From NCBI GenBank assembly GCA_040954595.2, contig CM082586.2, positions 2,113,124-2,177,123 of the forward strand: 64,000 nucleotides of DNA, written 5' to 3'. The DNA comes from Balanoglossus misakiensis (lineage: Eukaryota > Animalia > Hemichordata). Each line of letters begins with the position of its first letter. The first letter of the stretch is position 1. The notes under the pieces are model-generated. The model made no database searches. It had not been told where the DNA came from and saw only the letters and a list, made by a program, of their open reading frames with translations. Both the position numbers and the translations under genes were made by a program. This document shows, one piece after another, positions 36,901 through 50,500 of the stretch.

Positions 36901-38243
36901 TGCATGATCATATCATCAAATAATAACTACCGGTAGCAGTAATATCACGGCTATTACAACTGAACATACCAGTACGATGCTACTTCAATGTAACTGCTGC
37001 AGTGGTGACCACCATCCAAGAGACATATCGTTCTAATTTCTAGCAGAATGTATTTCATACTACCATTAGCAAATTTAATTTTTTTTGACTGTTTAATAAG
37101 ATGTTCAAGGATAAACCAATTGCCTTGCAAATTCACAATCTAGTTTGCATGACTCCAGGAAATTTATTGGCGTGTATAAACATGCACTGCACGTAAAGGT
37201 AACTAAAACCTTAATATTGGTGACAAATTACGGCGTTTTCTTTTATTGTTAAGTGACGTCGCCTTGCAGCGCTTATCATCTCCTTCATGTATTTATTTAA
37301 TGCCCCAGGTGGTTGAAAGCAAAATCGCCTTATTGAAGATGCCGCAGGTGTGACACGACTCATGCGTGAGAGATATAAGTCCTATGAGATGTGGTGAGCT
37401 AATTAGTCCCTGGCAAGTGGAGACTCATAGACTTGGTGTCAACCTGACCCTGTCCACCAACCAACATGACTTGTTATAAAGTAAAACAGTTTCCAAACTC
37501 AAACATGATAATCAATATGTACACACACCGGCCCGATAGAAAACATTGCCATAACAGTCACTGTAGCCTGCATCTATAGTTAGTGAAAAATGTACTTTTC
37601 GCAAACTGAAGTTGACCTGTGGCATAAACAAATATAATCCGTTTAACAAAAGACAGCAGTGGTTCGGTTTCCTTTACGTCATGGCTTTTATTGTAAAGTT
37701 CACAGATGGTCTTAAGATTCCAGTGATGGGTCTGCTAGAATACATCCTGGCTTTCCGTATCTATGGCAACTCAAACTCAGGGCATGCCTTTCTTATCTCA
37801 AGCTTCAAAATGACATTAAACGAACTTGTATTCCATATTTCATTTTAATAAACAACTTTACCACAGTCTGCTCAAGGTATCAAGGAGATCACCAAATCTC
37901 TGATCAATGTTTCCATCAATCATCATTTAGGATTGTTGTTGCATTAAAGAAAAGCCATGTGCATGTACATTATGAGCCTCGTGGTGAATAAATCTTTCTG
38001 GTTGTAGAGAAGTTTATCTGCATTTATTTACAAAACGTTATGCGAAGTGTATTCAGCTTAATGCTACCTGCCCATCATTGTCATTTATATGACAATAAGA
38101 GCTGTGAACAGAATTTAAAAGGTATAATGATGTTCTTGCATAGTTTTAGACATAAACAGCTTCTACATGTAGTAAACCGGAAGGGATACTACTGCCCACG
38201 TATGTCTCAGGCCAGATCACTTTAACTGTAATGAGCTTCGCAC

Positions 38244-38474
38244 TCAGGGTCTGTTTCCAAATGGCCTGGATGCATTTGCTGACTTGATAGTGACATCTAC
38301 TGTACTTGAGAGACACTTGACAACGCTCAGACGCCTGATGCAGCATATTAGCTCTGTCAATTTACTGTCACTTGTATCTGGATACTGAACTCGAGCAGTT
38401 ATATTAAGCTCTGTTATACCCAGATGTACAGATGGCACAGAGTGGTATTGTTGATTAGCCATTGTTTGCAGCAC
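38244..38474 (-). mobile_element. Possible decayed LINE ORF2 fragment (RT C-terminal region)
   Basis: SVHLGIT...SKLTELICCIRRL...TIKSANASRP resembles K.LGV/HLGI...K....LRRL...YKS..RP of LINE RT. Confidence 0.3.
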
Positions 38475-41400
38475 ATTGATTTCAGAACAAGCTCGACCTT
38501 CCCGATGATGTGACTGCTACCTTCTTGAACTAATGATTTTTATGAAAAGGCAGTGAACACCATGTTTTGGCCATTTTTTCCAAAATGACTCATCTTTCTA
38601 ACTACTATGAATTACATTAAGAAAACTCTATCTTTGGTAAGATGGTCATTGGTTTGTTATACTAATACTCGTTGAGTAATGTTCACCAGATAAAAATATT
38701 TGTTTTCACGTTGTAATATACTGGTATGGCCCTTTTTCAGGCAGTAAGGCCTACATGTACATCCTTCTATAAAACACAAGGCCGCTTTTACTAAGTGTCT
38801 TCTGCGGTTGCGCGAGGTTGGGTGAATTTGCACTTTTTGAGATATAATCATGATTCACTCGCAGCAATTCAATTGAGACAGCTCATTTTGTTTCCACCAA
38901 GACGCCGAAAAGTGCATCGGTCCTTATTTTGTCAGCGTTGCCAAGGGGTTGAATACTGTGCTATTGAAAATAAGAACAGTTATTATGAAGACATTTCTGT
39001 TGGTAGGCATTCAGAGAGAAAAACGCTTGAGTCATTAAATTTGAATAAAACCACACAGCGCTAATATACCACCACAAAACGTAACAGCAAAAATAAACCC
39101 CCGGGAGACGGATACGCCTGCACAAACGAGATGAAGCGAAGTCGCACATCTATTTAAGAAACGTCAAACGCAAGAACCGAGATGTAGATTTATGCTCGGT
39201 TTGGTGTTTGCCAGATCGCCGCAGCATTAAATCTTGTATTGTAAGATTCAATTGAAGACGACAAGTGAATTTGACGTTATCATAAAGTGTGTCGCTTATG
39301 GAGGTTCAAACTCGAGCCGTCGATTCCACCACAACTGCATGTATATGCTCCTCAGCTGCATCAGCACATTAATACACATACATTAATATATACACACATC
39401 GACATATACCAGACAGTCAACCTTGGGTTGCATTGTTTCATTTTTTCTAGGACAAATGCGACATACATGTAATAATATATAATCCTTCCCCATGTTTGGG
39501 CATCTATCAGTCATTCACAAGTAAAGTATAATATATCTTGACATTTTCTACAACTTTTATCAACAGTAATCTCTTGAAATCAATCATGCTTGGGGATATA
39601 AGCTTCCTTGAGATTAAATCATATTGGCTATATAAAATTTTACTTTATGACCGCGGGAAGTTTTCCTGGAACGTACAGTTCTTTATAAAACTATATACCA
39701 TTTCTTTTCATTTAAGATGTTGGCTATGAAAATGATGTTTGCTTTGTCATATAAAATAAATGCGAGGAGCAATGTCATCTGTTACGTTTACTTGATGATT
39801 GGACCATACCTCTGGCAATATGTGCATAATATTCAGCACATCAGCAACTGCAAATTTGTGTCTGGTTCTTCATGTGATCTGATTTCTGTGTGATTTCTAC
39901 AATGCTGTTTATTTTCCATAGATCTGGAGAACCGAGAAGGATCGACTTCCATTTTCACAATGTTGTAACAATATCACAAACGAATTACTGTATGTTCCAT
40001 CTGCCGTGGTCCAGGTGTCTCAGGAAACGTGACTCCGATATCTACAGGAATATCCTTCTGTTACATCCGAAATGCCCCAGGAAAACGATTAGTTTGCCTT
40101 TCTTAAGAGCATTTAAACCTTACATTTTGCAGCATTGTTTAACTAAGCAAGACTGAGTTTTTTGACGATTTTGTTTGATGTAGCCTTCCGTTGCATTGAT
40201 TGCGCCGTGAAGACTCGGACGAATTGCACTATACCGCGAGGGAAATACAGCATGCCCTTTTTACTGTTCCCTGGTAATTTCTCATTGTACCGCCCGACAA
40301 AAGGATGGCATTATTTTTCCAGTTCTTCTAGCATTCACAGCACACTTGCAAAATGTTGCTTATGTGCATGAATGGACAAAGAAAAGTCAGCTTTGATCAC
40401 GCTTGCACTTGTAACGCTCAGGACCATACAAGAATTATCTGGAAATTGCAATCAGTAAATGTCTCTGATAATTTATGATTTTACAATTTTTCGTTAGAAA
40501 TTTGGGCATTCCAGCAGAAATCTATGGATACATTTTGATTCGTAAAATGCAAGACTTTTAACCAAGATAGACGCTAGTGCTTGACTGTTGTGGACAGTAC
40601 TTGTACCAGTATATATGTCGCTGACCGATGAACTTTAAAAAAAATAATTTTGTAAATTTATAAGTTAGAGAACCCAAGGAGAGCACAGGTCAGAGGGTTC
40701 CTTTAAAGGCTAAATACTCTTACCAAATTAATCCCAAACCAATGAAATTCAGGGGATTAGATTTGGAAGAAAATCAAATGCAAAATCATACTGACAATTG
40801 AGGCAGAAAATGGGAATAGTAAGAAACACTCTGAGACCCACTATATTAAATATATTGTGTTCATTAAGCACCACGTGTATACTATGTTAGGTTCACATCC
40901 CCTCGCTGGAATGAGTTTCGGTTTACGACTTTCAAAATGAACAGCCTGTCGAGACACACGTTATTTCACACTCACCTCTGAAATAGATTCATTGAGACTG
41001 GCTGCCTCGGTTTAAATGGAAAATCCCTCTCGCCCACTTTCAATATTGACAACCATGCGTTGCACTGAGTGATGCAAAGCACCACCATTTGTAAAGGCGA
41101 GGTGCAATTTTCCTTGATTTATGTCAGTTCGTCGGTGCATGTGTCTAATAATTGACAGTGATATTCGGCACATTACTGCTTCGCTGGTCTCCAATGATGA
41201 TGGTTTTTGTCACCTTTCCATGAATGCTATTTATGGTAGTCCATTGACCCATGAGACTCCGAGAAAGCTGAAGTTTACGGCACACATTAAATTCTCCATT
41301 ATGGTCATGGCACTTTATATATTTTTCAATATTAAGGTCCGCATCGTACTTTAACTGTTGAAATTACTTGACACGTTAAGAGCATATTACAAATTTGTAG

Positions 41401-44400
41401 GTACGAGATGTTACATATTTTTGTGATCTATCAGAAATCTATGGAGTTACTGTGGCCCCCGAAACGATATGGATAGTATCCGTTTATTGATATATACATG
41501 TATATGCAGAGTGGGTATTCTTCAGTGCGATAATTGGCAATATATATATATACATGACATGTTAGAAAAGAAGTATAGTTTAGGATAGACAGTCTTTCAA
41601 ACACACTCCTGACTTATCCATTCAATATTGTCATAGGAAACAACTTTGGGTGTGATGTTCAAGCAAATAATCACGTCGACTGCGCCAATACATCCCAGCT
41701 GTGTCGATTGTATGCGTTTCAGGGGGAAATGCTGATCGATGTCAGCGTACGTGTGGAATTTGACTTGACAATGAAATTGCCGCTTGGGGGAAGAGAATCA
41801 ATCGCTCGTAAATTAGCTGCACGTGGCGAAGCTTACTTTCCAGTATAAACAGATTCATTAGTACTTTAATGGCCAAGCTATGGGGTCTTGAGCATCTCTG
41901 AATGCAGTGTAAATTGCTTTATTTACCAAAGGAATCTCTTACAGCCAATAGATGAGCCATAGTGAATCTCCTCTGACTACGAATAAATGATCCACTGGCT
42001 TGGCATCTTTCCTGGAGGGACTTTCCTTTTGTGAACACCTTGTAGTGTTGTTTTCCATTACTTTTGGCGCCTGTGAGACTCGCCGAGAATACAGGCCCGT
42101 CTGTAAGATTCTTATCCACGCTGTCTGTGAGTTTGCCTTTGGTCGAAAGTAATCGGTCAGTCGACAGACAGTTGAAAAAAAACTGATAACGTTACAGTTG
42201 TCTTAGAAGAAGATTAGGGTAATTTTTCAAGAATGGGCCTTTGGCTCTGATATATGTTGGAGATTAATTCCAAAAACATTACCGTGAACCAACAGTCTCA
42301 CTTACACAAAATTCATAGAATACTCTAGTAGGTAAAAGTAAACAAACTTGACTGTGATTCAGTTCATGATAGAGAGGGTTTAGTTTGTCCAGTTTTTATT
42401 CATTTGCGTTATCACGTAAACAAACAGGTTTTGCATGAGATGAATGGCCTTATTAGTTGAGTGTCCTTTATATCGTGTTCATCCATTTATTGCGTGTTTG
42501 GCTGTCTGAAATGCACGTCTGTACAAGTCTATTAAGTACCACTGTACGGGAACAGTAACACTGCCTACAGCCATCAATTAAGAAAATCTGAGAGCCACCT
42601 TTTCGCTGGTGATGAGTATCTCTTCAGCTCTTGCCATGCTTCATTTGTTTCCATTTGGAAGCAGTTCCACGACTGGTGTTACAATGTGCTTTTGGGAATC
42701 CATTTGCATTTCACCAGATTCGAATCCACACCCACAAATTCGCGTGGCAAGAAAATCTCGTGAGCACAAAACTCAATGCAATGATAAACACACCATGCAC
42801 ATAATTGACAGCTTATCTGATAATGTGATCAGTACAGTCAGTTTGATGCCATTGGTTTGCGGCAAATAATTGGCCAAACCATCTTCGTATCCCGTGAAAC
42901 AAGAGACGATTCTAAACCATTATCTACGTTCAAGGAATTCGTTTTATATTACCTTTAATGTACTTTAGAACACTTAAGATAATCTCTAGCTGATCCTAGC
43001 AGTGATCCCGGGATCATCATGTATGCAAGTGGGAATATTCTTACTCAGATCCAAGAATTAAACACAAGACTGTTTATTTCTTTCGGAATTTGTCGTTTTT
43101 ACTACATGTGGGTATAGGAACTAACTATTGGTTCTTGAGATGAATGGAAATGAATGTTTTTATAACATTTAAAAACATGATCATAATAATTATGTATTGC
43201 ATTTAGAACAAGCATTTGTTGATATTGAGATTCGCACATTTCTGGCAGAGGAAGCTCAAACCCTTTCAATGTCCAATATCTTTGAAACTCATTTAGTGGT
43301 ACAGATCCCATTTCAATGTTCCATTTGTAATTCGATTCAGAATCGAGTACACGTTTGTTGATTTTCCATTTGCCATTTCAATGGTATATCACACAACGCA
43401 AACACACTTCTTAAAACCCCTGTTATATTGGATGTTTGGCATCAACTATGATCATAGGCGATGTCTTTTATGTGCGATTTCATAGCCGCTGGCAAGACAA
43501 TCACTTATTACACGGCGTGGTTCGTTTGCATTAATTGATTGCTTTAACTAGTAATGATGGCCATATATCCGGTGAGAAAATGTTATTTGAAGAACTAACA
43601 CACTGTTGCGCATGCACCATGGCCAATTGATGATTTGATGTCAGGTTGAGGCCTCAGTATTTTCTTTTTCACATTTATCGCCATCACTTTCAGGGTAAGT
43701 TGTTGTCGTGTTGATTAATATCTTACTCACCATATTGTCTTTATTTGCTTGATATATGCATTGGGAAATTATGATAAGGCATTGGGCTTTACCTCAAAAA
43801 TTTGGCTGTCGATGTGCAGCAGTTTCTTATACATATTGTAAACTTTTGCGATTTGCACACGAGCAACACTACCGGTATATAACAGACCTTACTGTTTCAT
43901 CAGTAAACAGTGCAAGAGAATTCTGTAGTTGTGGTACATGGTGGAGACTTTAAGGGAATTACAGGCTTTGTCAGTATATAACAACACTGTAAAGGCTTGT
44001 GCATGTGGCAGTTGCTGTAAAGAGGCCTGTAGTTTATTACCATGATCCTTCTTCGTGCAACTCACTTGCCGTCTGACCCTTTGGGGAGCCGTAAAGGTTA
44101 ATACAGAAAGTGTGTTTAGATTCCACTCAGACCGATGGATTAGCCGAGTGGAGAACATTATGAGTTCCAACCAGCATTGTAGAATGAACTTTGACATCGC
44201 ATTTTACTCCATTCTTCAGCAAGGAGAAATATTACTTCATTCCAATGACAACGTCAGTTCAATTTCAAAGATATTTCGTGGTGACGAGGTTATTTATTAG
44301 TGAGATTGGGCAGCTAATCTTTAAGTAATTTATTTTAACTGGTCCAATATGCCACATCTGAATGGAAAACGAACTAGCGCGAGGGCGCATGTGCAAGTCT

Positions 44401-47050
44401 TGGCGTCAGTCTGGCTGTCTTTGCAATGTGCCGAATGTTAGGCTGAAAGCGAGGAACTGCAATGATCGATTATTGATGTGGAAAAAAGGGGGTTTTGTGG
44501 CACCTAGTTCCGGTCCCATGATTGGCTGGAGGGCAGTCATGTGACAATTTAAGATTACAAGACATAGACATAGGTCAAGACAACTCTTGCCCAATGTGTT
44601 GAGTTCAAGGTGCCCCAGTTTCAGTGACTCACTCAACGAGTGAAATCTACTTACGGTATAAATGTACCCTATGACTTTCTTCAAAAACAGATTGAAGTTC
44701 ATTATCTTCAATACGGAAATAACAAACAAGAAATTGAAAGATATCTCAAGGAGCCGACCACAGTACACAGGGCAATACTGAAACATCAGTTAATAAGCTT
44801 ACCAAAACTCGTAGCAAAACTGCCTCAGTCTATTATTATCCCTCCAGTTAGCAATAGTACCCTTTGTCAGTTGGGAACATAAAGATCACTGAAAATCTAA
44901 ATAAATCACAAAGTCTGCTCTCCCCATGCTCGCAAGTGACTGACTGCGAACCTCTGGTTGTTGGAATGAATGACTCTGAGGGCAATGCTCATTTGATATG
45001 TGATTGAGATAATGAATTAATTATATCCATCATGCAAAAGACATCCCCGTCTAGGAATACCTCTAGCAAGGCATTACATTCAGTTAAGCGGAACTTACCC
45101 AAAACAGCTTCGAATCATACTTGCCTACTTGGCATTGTTAATTTATACAGAAGCCGTTATAACATAGCTGTAAAGAATCACAATCAGCATCTCCACGCTT
45201 GAACAAGCTGGCGATGTTATCTACTCAGACGTTGATCAGGAAACCTTATCTGCGGCAACCACTGTACCATATCAGATCACAGATGGTGCAGAAAGAAACT
45301 GATTTCTGATGGTTTGTAACTCCCAATTCTGTTAAGTTAGAAGAGGTTAAATCTATTGGGACATGATGATGTGTACTGATACATTCAAGTTAAACCTAAA
45401 CAATTATTTCCTGAAATTTAGTTTGTCCAGGGAATGTTCTTAAAATAGTATCAGTTCAGTTCCAGAAACTGACTTCACATTCCTTCTGAAAGAAAGACAA
45501 TTTGACGTTGTTGCCCTGAAACTGCTCTTCAGAACTCCTTCCAAAAAAGTCTCCATTTCCGATGATTTTGCAGCACTTTCCAGTAACACCTTGACCTGCT
45601 AATCACCAGGTACAAGGCTGTGTTGTGTCATTATCCTCCTGCTGTGTCAATGCTCCTAAAAAAAGTACAAAGATCTTTGACTCTCGACGAGCCTAAGGTA
45701 GAGTTTAATCGAGACAGCTTGATACGCCCACATTGTCGCCTGATCAAGTTACGATTCTTTGGTGCAGCTAGCCAGGCGACTGCAGAGTGATCGATTTTGG
45801 TGATTAGCAATTAGGGTTAGCAATTTGGCGTGCCAGTCTCGGGGTTGAATACCCCAAATGAGTCCAAGAAGTGGACTTTGAATGAGGTTAATTATATGAT
45901 ATGTGTAAGCGTGCTTTTAGATTGAATTTTCTATGATATTCCTGTGTGTGACACGCCAGGGACTCCTCTGCGGTATTTGTATAAGCCAATCTTTCTGGAC
46001 TCTCGCAATAAGAGATTTTGATTCCATTTCTAGTTCAATGATACTCCTGCTTGCCATATAGGTACAGCCATTGGGAAAGTTCTACATTGTTTTTCCATTG
46101 CCATCGCCCAGACTAGATTTCGCCACCTGGATTGAAATATCATTGACGAATCCGTCCTAAATGACGTTATAGTCAGTCAGGTTTACCCTCAACACGCCCT
46201 TAAAACGACGGCAAGAGATACTTACTACTAGTAATCTGATCCAACATTTGATACCATCGATTTAAGAGAGACAAAGGGGTCGCACTTTATCATACATAAA
46301 CCATATTTTCAATATATAGGCCTCAGTGGGCTGATGAAAGCACAAAATGAACGTTTATGGAGTTTTTAATGTTCTTTTAATGGCGCTTAAGAATTGCCTT
46401 TGCAACAGAGCGATCGTCAGTACCGCACTGTGATGTAATACTTTGCAGTCTTTATGACGCGATCGATTGTGATACAACAACCCTTTAGTGAGTTTCCGTT
46501 CATTGTGACGTTTTCTATAGACTTCAATACAAGTTTTATGAAGATTAACCGTCGGCTTTTAATGAAATCTAACATCTAATCACCACAATAAATGGAACAT
46601 GCATAGACCAAAAATGCAAAAACTTCACAGTAATTACAGTTGAAATTAAACTGTAAACGTGTGGTTTTGATAAGTAGTTTTGATAGCATGGAGCTATGAG
46701 AGTCGAGGCACTACTTTTGTGGCTCTTGACGTCGTGGACGTACTTTCCCTAGCGTAATGCTGATTCATCACGCCATCCTGTCCAGTAGACACATTTTTGT
46801 GACATCTGACATTATGTCTCGTAGTTCTGTATACTAGTCAGTGAGCTCTGTTCACTCATGATCAGCGTTGCATTGGGATATGGCCTTTATACTCTCATTT
46901 GGCGAGACATGGGTGTAACAGTGTCATCAGCAACCTTAATTTTTATTTTGGCAAAAGAGAATGTCTTACTAAGGGAAATTACATAATTGTAAGAGACATG
47001 TGATTTGTGTTCCGTATAACCACTACAGTTTTTATGTTCGACTTCCTATA

Positions 47051-47558
47051 CTATTGTCTAATCTTTGATGCTTGGCAGTTCTGAATCACCAACATGTTGG
47101 GTGGGTACCTTAGGAAAAAAAGTACGGTCGGATCACACACTCTTGCTTTGCGGAAGATTGATTGGGGTACAGCGGTGAGAGAGGTTTCGATGACATCTTT
47201 TGTAATTGATTGTCTAATTGTTTTGAGTTGGCGAGAAAGATCAGTAAAGCTCTTGAAGCCGAATTTCAAATTGACTCCAAGTGACATGCTTCGTACTGTA
47301 CATACTGATTTGCGAAGGTTTGCTCAGAGTGTGTTCTCCTTGCGTTAGTAAATTCCAAAGATCCGATGTGCCTGATGTATTTGCTGTCAAACTTAAACTG
47401 ACTACTTTGTCCATTAAACCGACCGGATTTCTCTTCAGCCTATCATTTAATGTCAAAGCCGTTTGTGTGATTTGTGTCTCTACGATGAAGCTCGTTTGTT
47501 TGTAGTTATGAGCTGACATGGCTGCAGTGCGAACACGCGACATGAATTCTTTTAGCAA
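47051..47558 (-). mobile_element. Possible decayed LINE ORF2 fragment (L2/CR1-like RT C-terminal region)
   Basis: Frameshifted minus-strand ORFs include SLGVNL...LSRQLKTIRQSITKDVIETSL, resembling NLGV.FD...LRNI..IR..LTKDA.ETLV. Confidence 0.3.
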
Positions 47559-50500
47559 GAACTTTTTTTCTTATAAATTTGACCTTCTGCAGTCCGTTGG
47601 AATGAAGCCTTTTCTTTATTTGTTGAAACAAAAGTGTCCCACAAGGAAATGTCTCAAATTGAGCTGAGAGTATTAACGTATGTTCCTATAGTTTAGCTAC
47701 ACGCATTAAGAGCAGAATTTGTATTCCATCTATACCGGATTTGCATTTTCCAGCTTCCGTGACACACTTTTCAAATGACTTTTTGGAATCATTTCACGTC
47801 ACATCATTACACGGCCAACTTTTAGCGTCATCGAAGCAAAGTACCCCGGGGGTAGTCCTCTCTAAAGACTCTCACAGATGACCCACGGTCCATGGTGACT
47901 GCCTCACGTGGTTTAAATCGCAAATCCGCTAACACCTCTTATTGATTCTACAAGCTACTGTTTGAATTTCAATTGATTGATCGCTTGACTGCAACCGAGA
48001 GGTGTCTTATCCGGTCACATGTATATTTCATCGGCAATGGGTACCATGATGAAGTAGGCAAACTTGTTCATTTAAACAAACTAAACAAAGAAGAATCCCT
48101 CATCACTCTGGTTCTATTTGTATTACTTAGATCGATTTTGTTAAGCTAACCACCTCAGGGCAAGTGAATCATTTTCTGCAAGAAAAATTGCCATCGTCAG
48201 AAAATATCTGAATCAACAAATATCATCATATTGCCTAATACATTCGGCTATGCCAAGGGCCATTTAAAATGTACAATCTTCAGAGTTTTGCATTTACACC
48301 ATAAATGTAAAACACAATTTAAGAAGATGACGGCCTTTGAAATTCCGATCAAAGTGAGAATCGAAAAAAAAAAAGTTACAGCTTGTGAGGATCATAAAAT
48401 ATTTGATGGAATGACCTCCAATTTCACTTACTTTCCTTTGCTACGTCAATTTCACACCAGTGAAATCGTAAATCTAGTCAAAGAAATATACTAAAATACC
48501 TATCGTGAAATACTGCTAACCATTTGTGCGAAATATCTTAAGTTCATTAACTGTTGATCTTTTACGGCTTCGACTATATACTTTGCATTCCGATAAAGGT
48601 TCATCTATAAATATCTAAATTATTTAACCTCAGTCGTTGACTGCCAAATTGTTGAAGGCGACTATATCTGTTATAAATTAACATGATCCAATTCTGAAGA
48701 ACGGCGTACCGTCCATACAGAGATACGCTTGCTATGTGCTTTGCACAGCGTGATGTTGCATATTAAAGTATCACATTTATATTCATAATAAGATCTCTGT
48801 CCTGTTTATTATCGCTTGTGGGAAAAATGCCAGATCTGGGCTAATGTAAAGGATTAACACCTGTATCCGCCATACATTGTCTATGGGGCCGAGTGCCAGG
48901 GCCTTCATGCTTTAACTTTGTTTGTGTGGACACAAGGCGACTCATAGGATTATCCTCTTTTATAGTGTCTCTGTAACATTTCTAGTTTTACCCAGTGTGA
49001 ACCTAGTAAGAGCATCATTAATCCCCCAAAGCAAACGTCATGGGATTATCCACCACGGATGTGCGATATTGTCGCGTTTAAGGCACTCAGTCAAATTCAG
49101 TCAAATTGAACATAAATGCACCCTTTGCAGTGAACAAACACTGCTGTCATATCAACTGACAAGACGTTATATCGTGTTTCATTTACATGTATTTAGTAGT
49201 CTAAGGTTTAACTTCACGCTGCAGGATAGCTGCATTAGGAAAGGATTTTGAATGGACTCTAATAAAGTGTCGCTCCGTGCAATCCTTGGGAAATGACAAA
49301 CCAATCTATGATTTACTGCGCCTAATACCCAGCGTTGTACAGCATTCCGCGGTAATCATTTTAGCCAAGTTATTAGAGGAAACTATCAAATGACGGACGC
49401 CCACATGTCAGGTTGTGAATACCAACTTTCTTGGGTTTTCCTCTCGTTTCTGACATACATAATCTTATACAGCCTTACTTGCATGCAGATCGTGTCGATC
49501 AACATGCAGTGATCAACGGCTTTAATCAAATCTACCGGGGTTATGATAATTTGCACTCCTATATATAAAGCATTATATTTTTTCTGATGTGATGCCGCAA
49601 GGTTGATACATGTCGGCGGTTTAGTTGTTTCCATGACAAGTTTCGGTAAATGAAAAGATCGTAAAGAGACAATAACGGACTTCTAATAACATGAACTCAC
49701 AAACGAAATTACCCCCGGGGTTCATATAACTCAGAACCGAAGCAGTAAATCAACTTGGGTCATCTTTATTTCTTTCTTCTTTTTCAGGTGTTTTGGAAAG
49801 GCATGAAATGAAAATCAATTTGGAGACATAACAGTGTGCACATCGATTCAGGCCTGTAAGTATATATTTTGGTGTCGTAATGATAGAATACAATCTGCAA
49901 TAATAGCAAGGAGTATCGCAATAAAGGATGTGCTGATATTACCGGAAACGAAGTACAATGACAAAGCCGCGTCTCATCTCTTGTGATGGAACATTTCAAC
50001 GTTGGTTGATTGCAACCCACGCGTGAATAATTTTTATAAGGATCTTTTTTTCTGCTGAAGAAACACGGCTATTTCTGCTCAACAAGAGAAGTGCAATTTG
50101 TCTGAGATTGTTCCCGGGCGTTCTAATAAAGTACCCCGGTTTTCTGAATTGATTTAATTGACTTCTACACCTGAAAAGTGTTGAGTGCGAAGTGGAAAGA
50201 TGATTTCCTCCCCCACCCACATGTTCTGAGCAGGAAGCTGACATTGAACTCCACAGCGTTAAACAAGCATCGGATGGATATCCATATTGCACCATCAACA
50301 GATGGACCTGCTCGCTGAGGGAGGAGTAACTGTCTGGGAGTACCACAGTGCTCGCATGTGTGTGCGTGTATGGCAAACCGAGAATTCTACACGCGGAGAG
50401 AATCTGAACGACAAGAGTACGTTAAACTAGACAACAACATTTGGTGGCCCTGTGGATATCAATCAATGAAAATGACATGGATGACCAGCCAAGACTTCAA

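Noticed and set aside
43660-43700. Pyrimidine tract + CAG + G + GTAAGT (possible 1-nt exon or recursive splice site)
   Set aside because: It does not fit the AG|GT recursive consensus exactly and cannot be supported without reads.
45735-45820. TTAGGGTTAG (possible telomerase template on the minus strand) near an 8-bp hairpin
   Set aside because: No pseudoknot or H/ACA features are visible, and a 10-nt match is compatible with chance.
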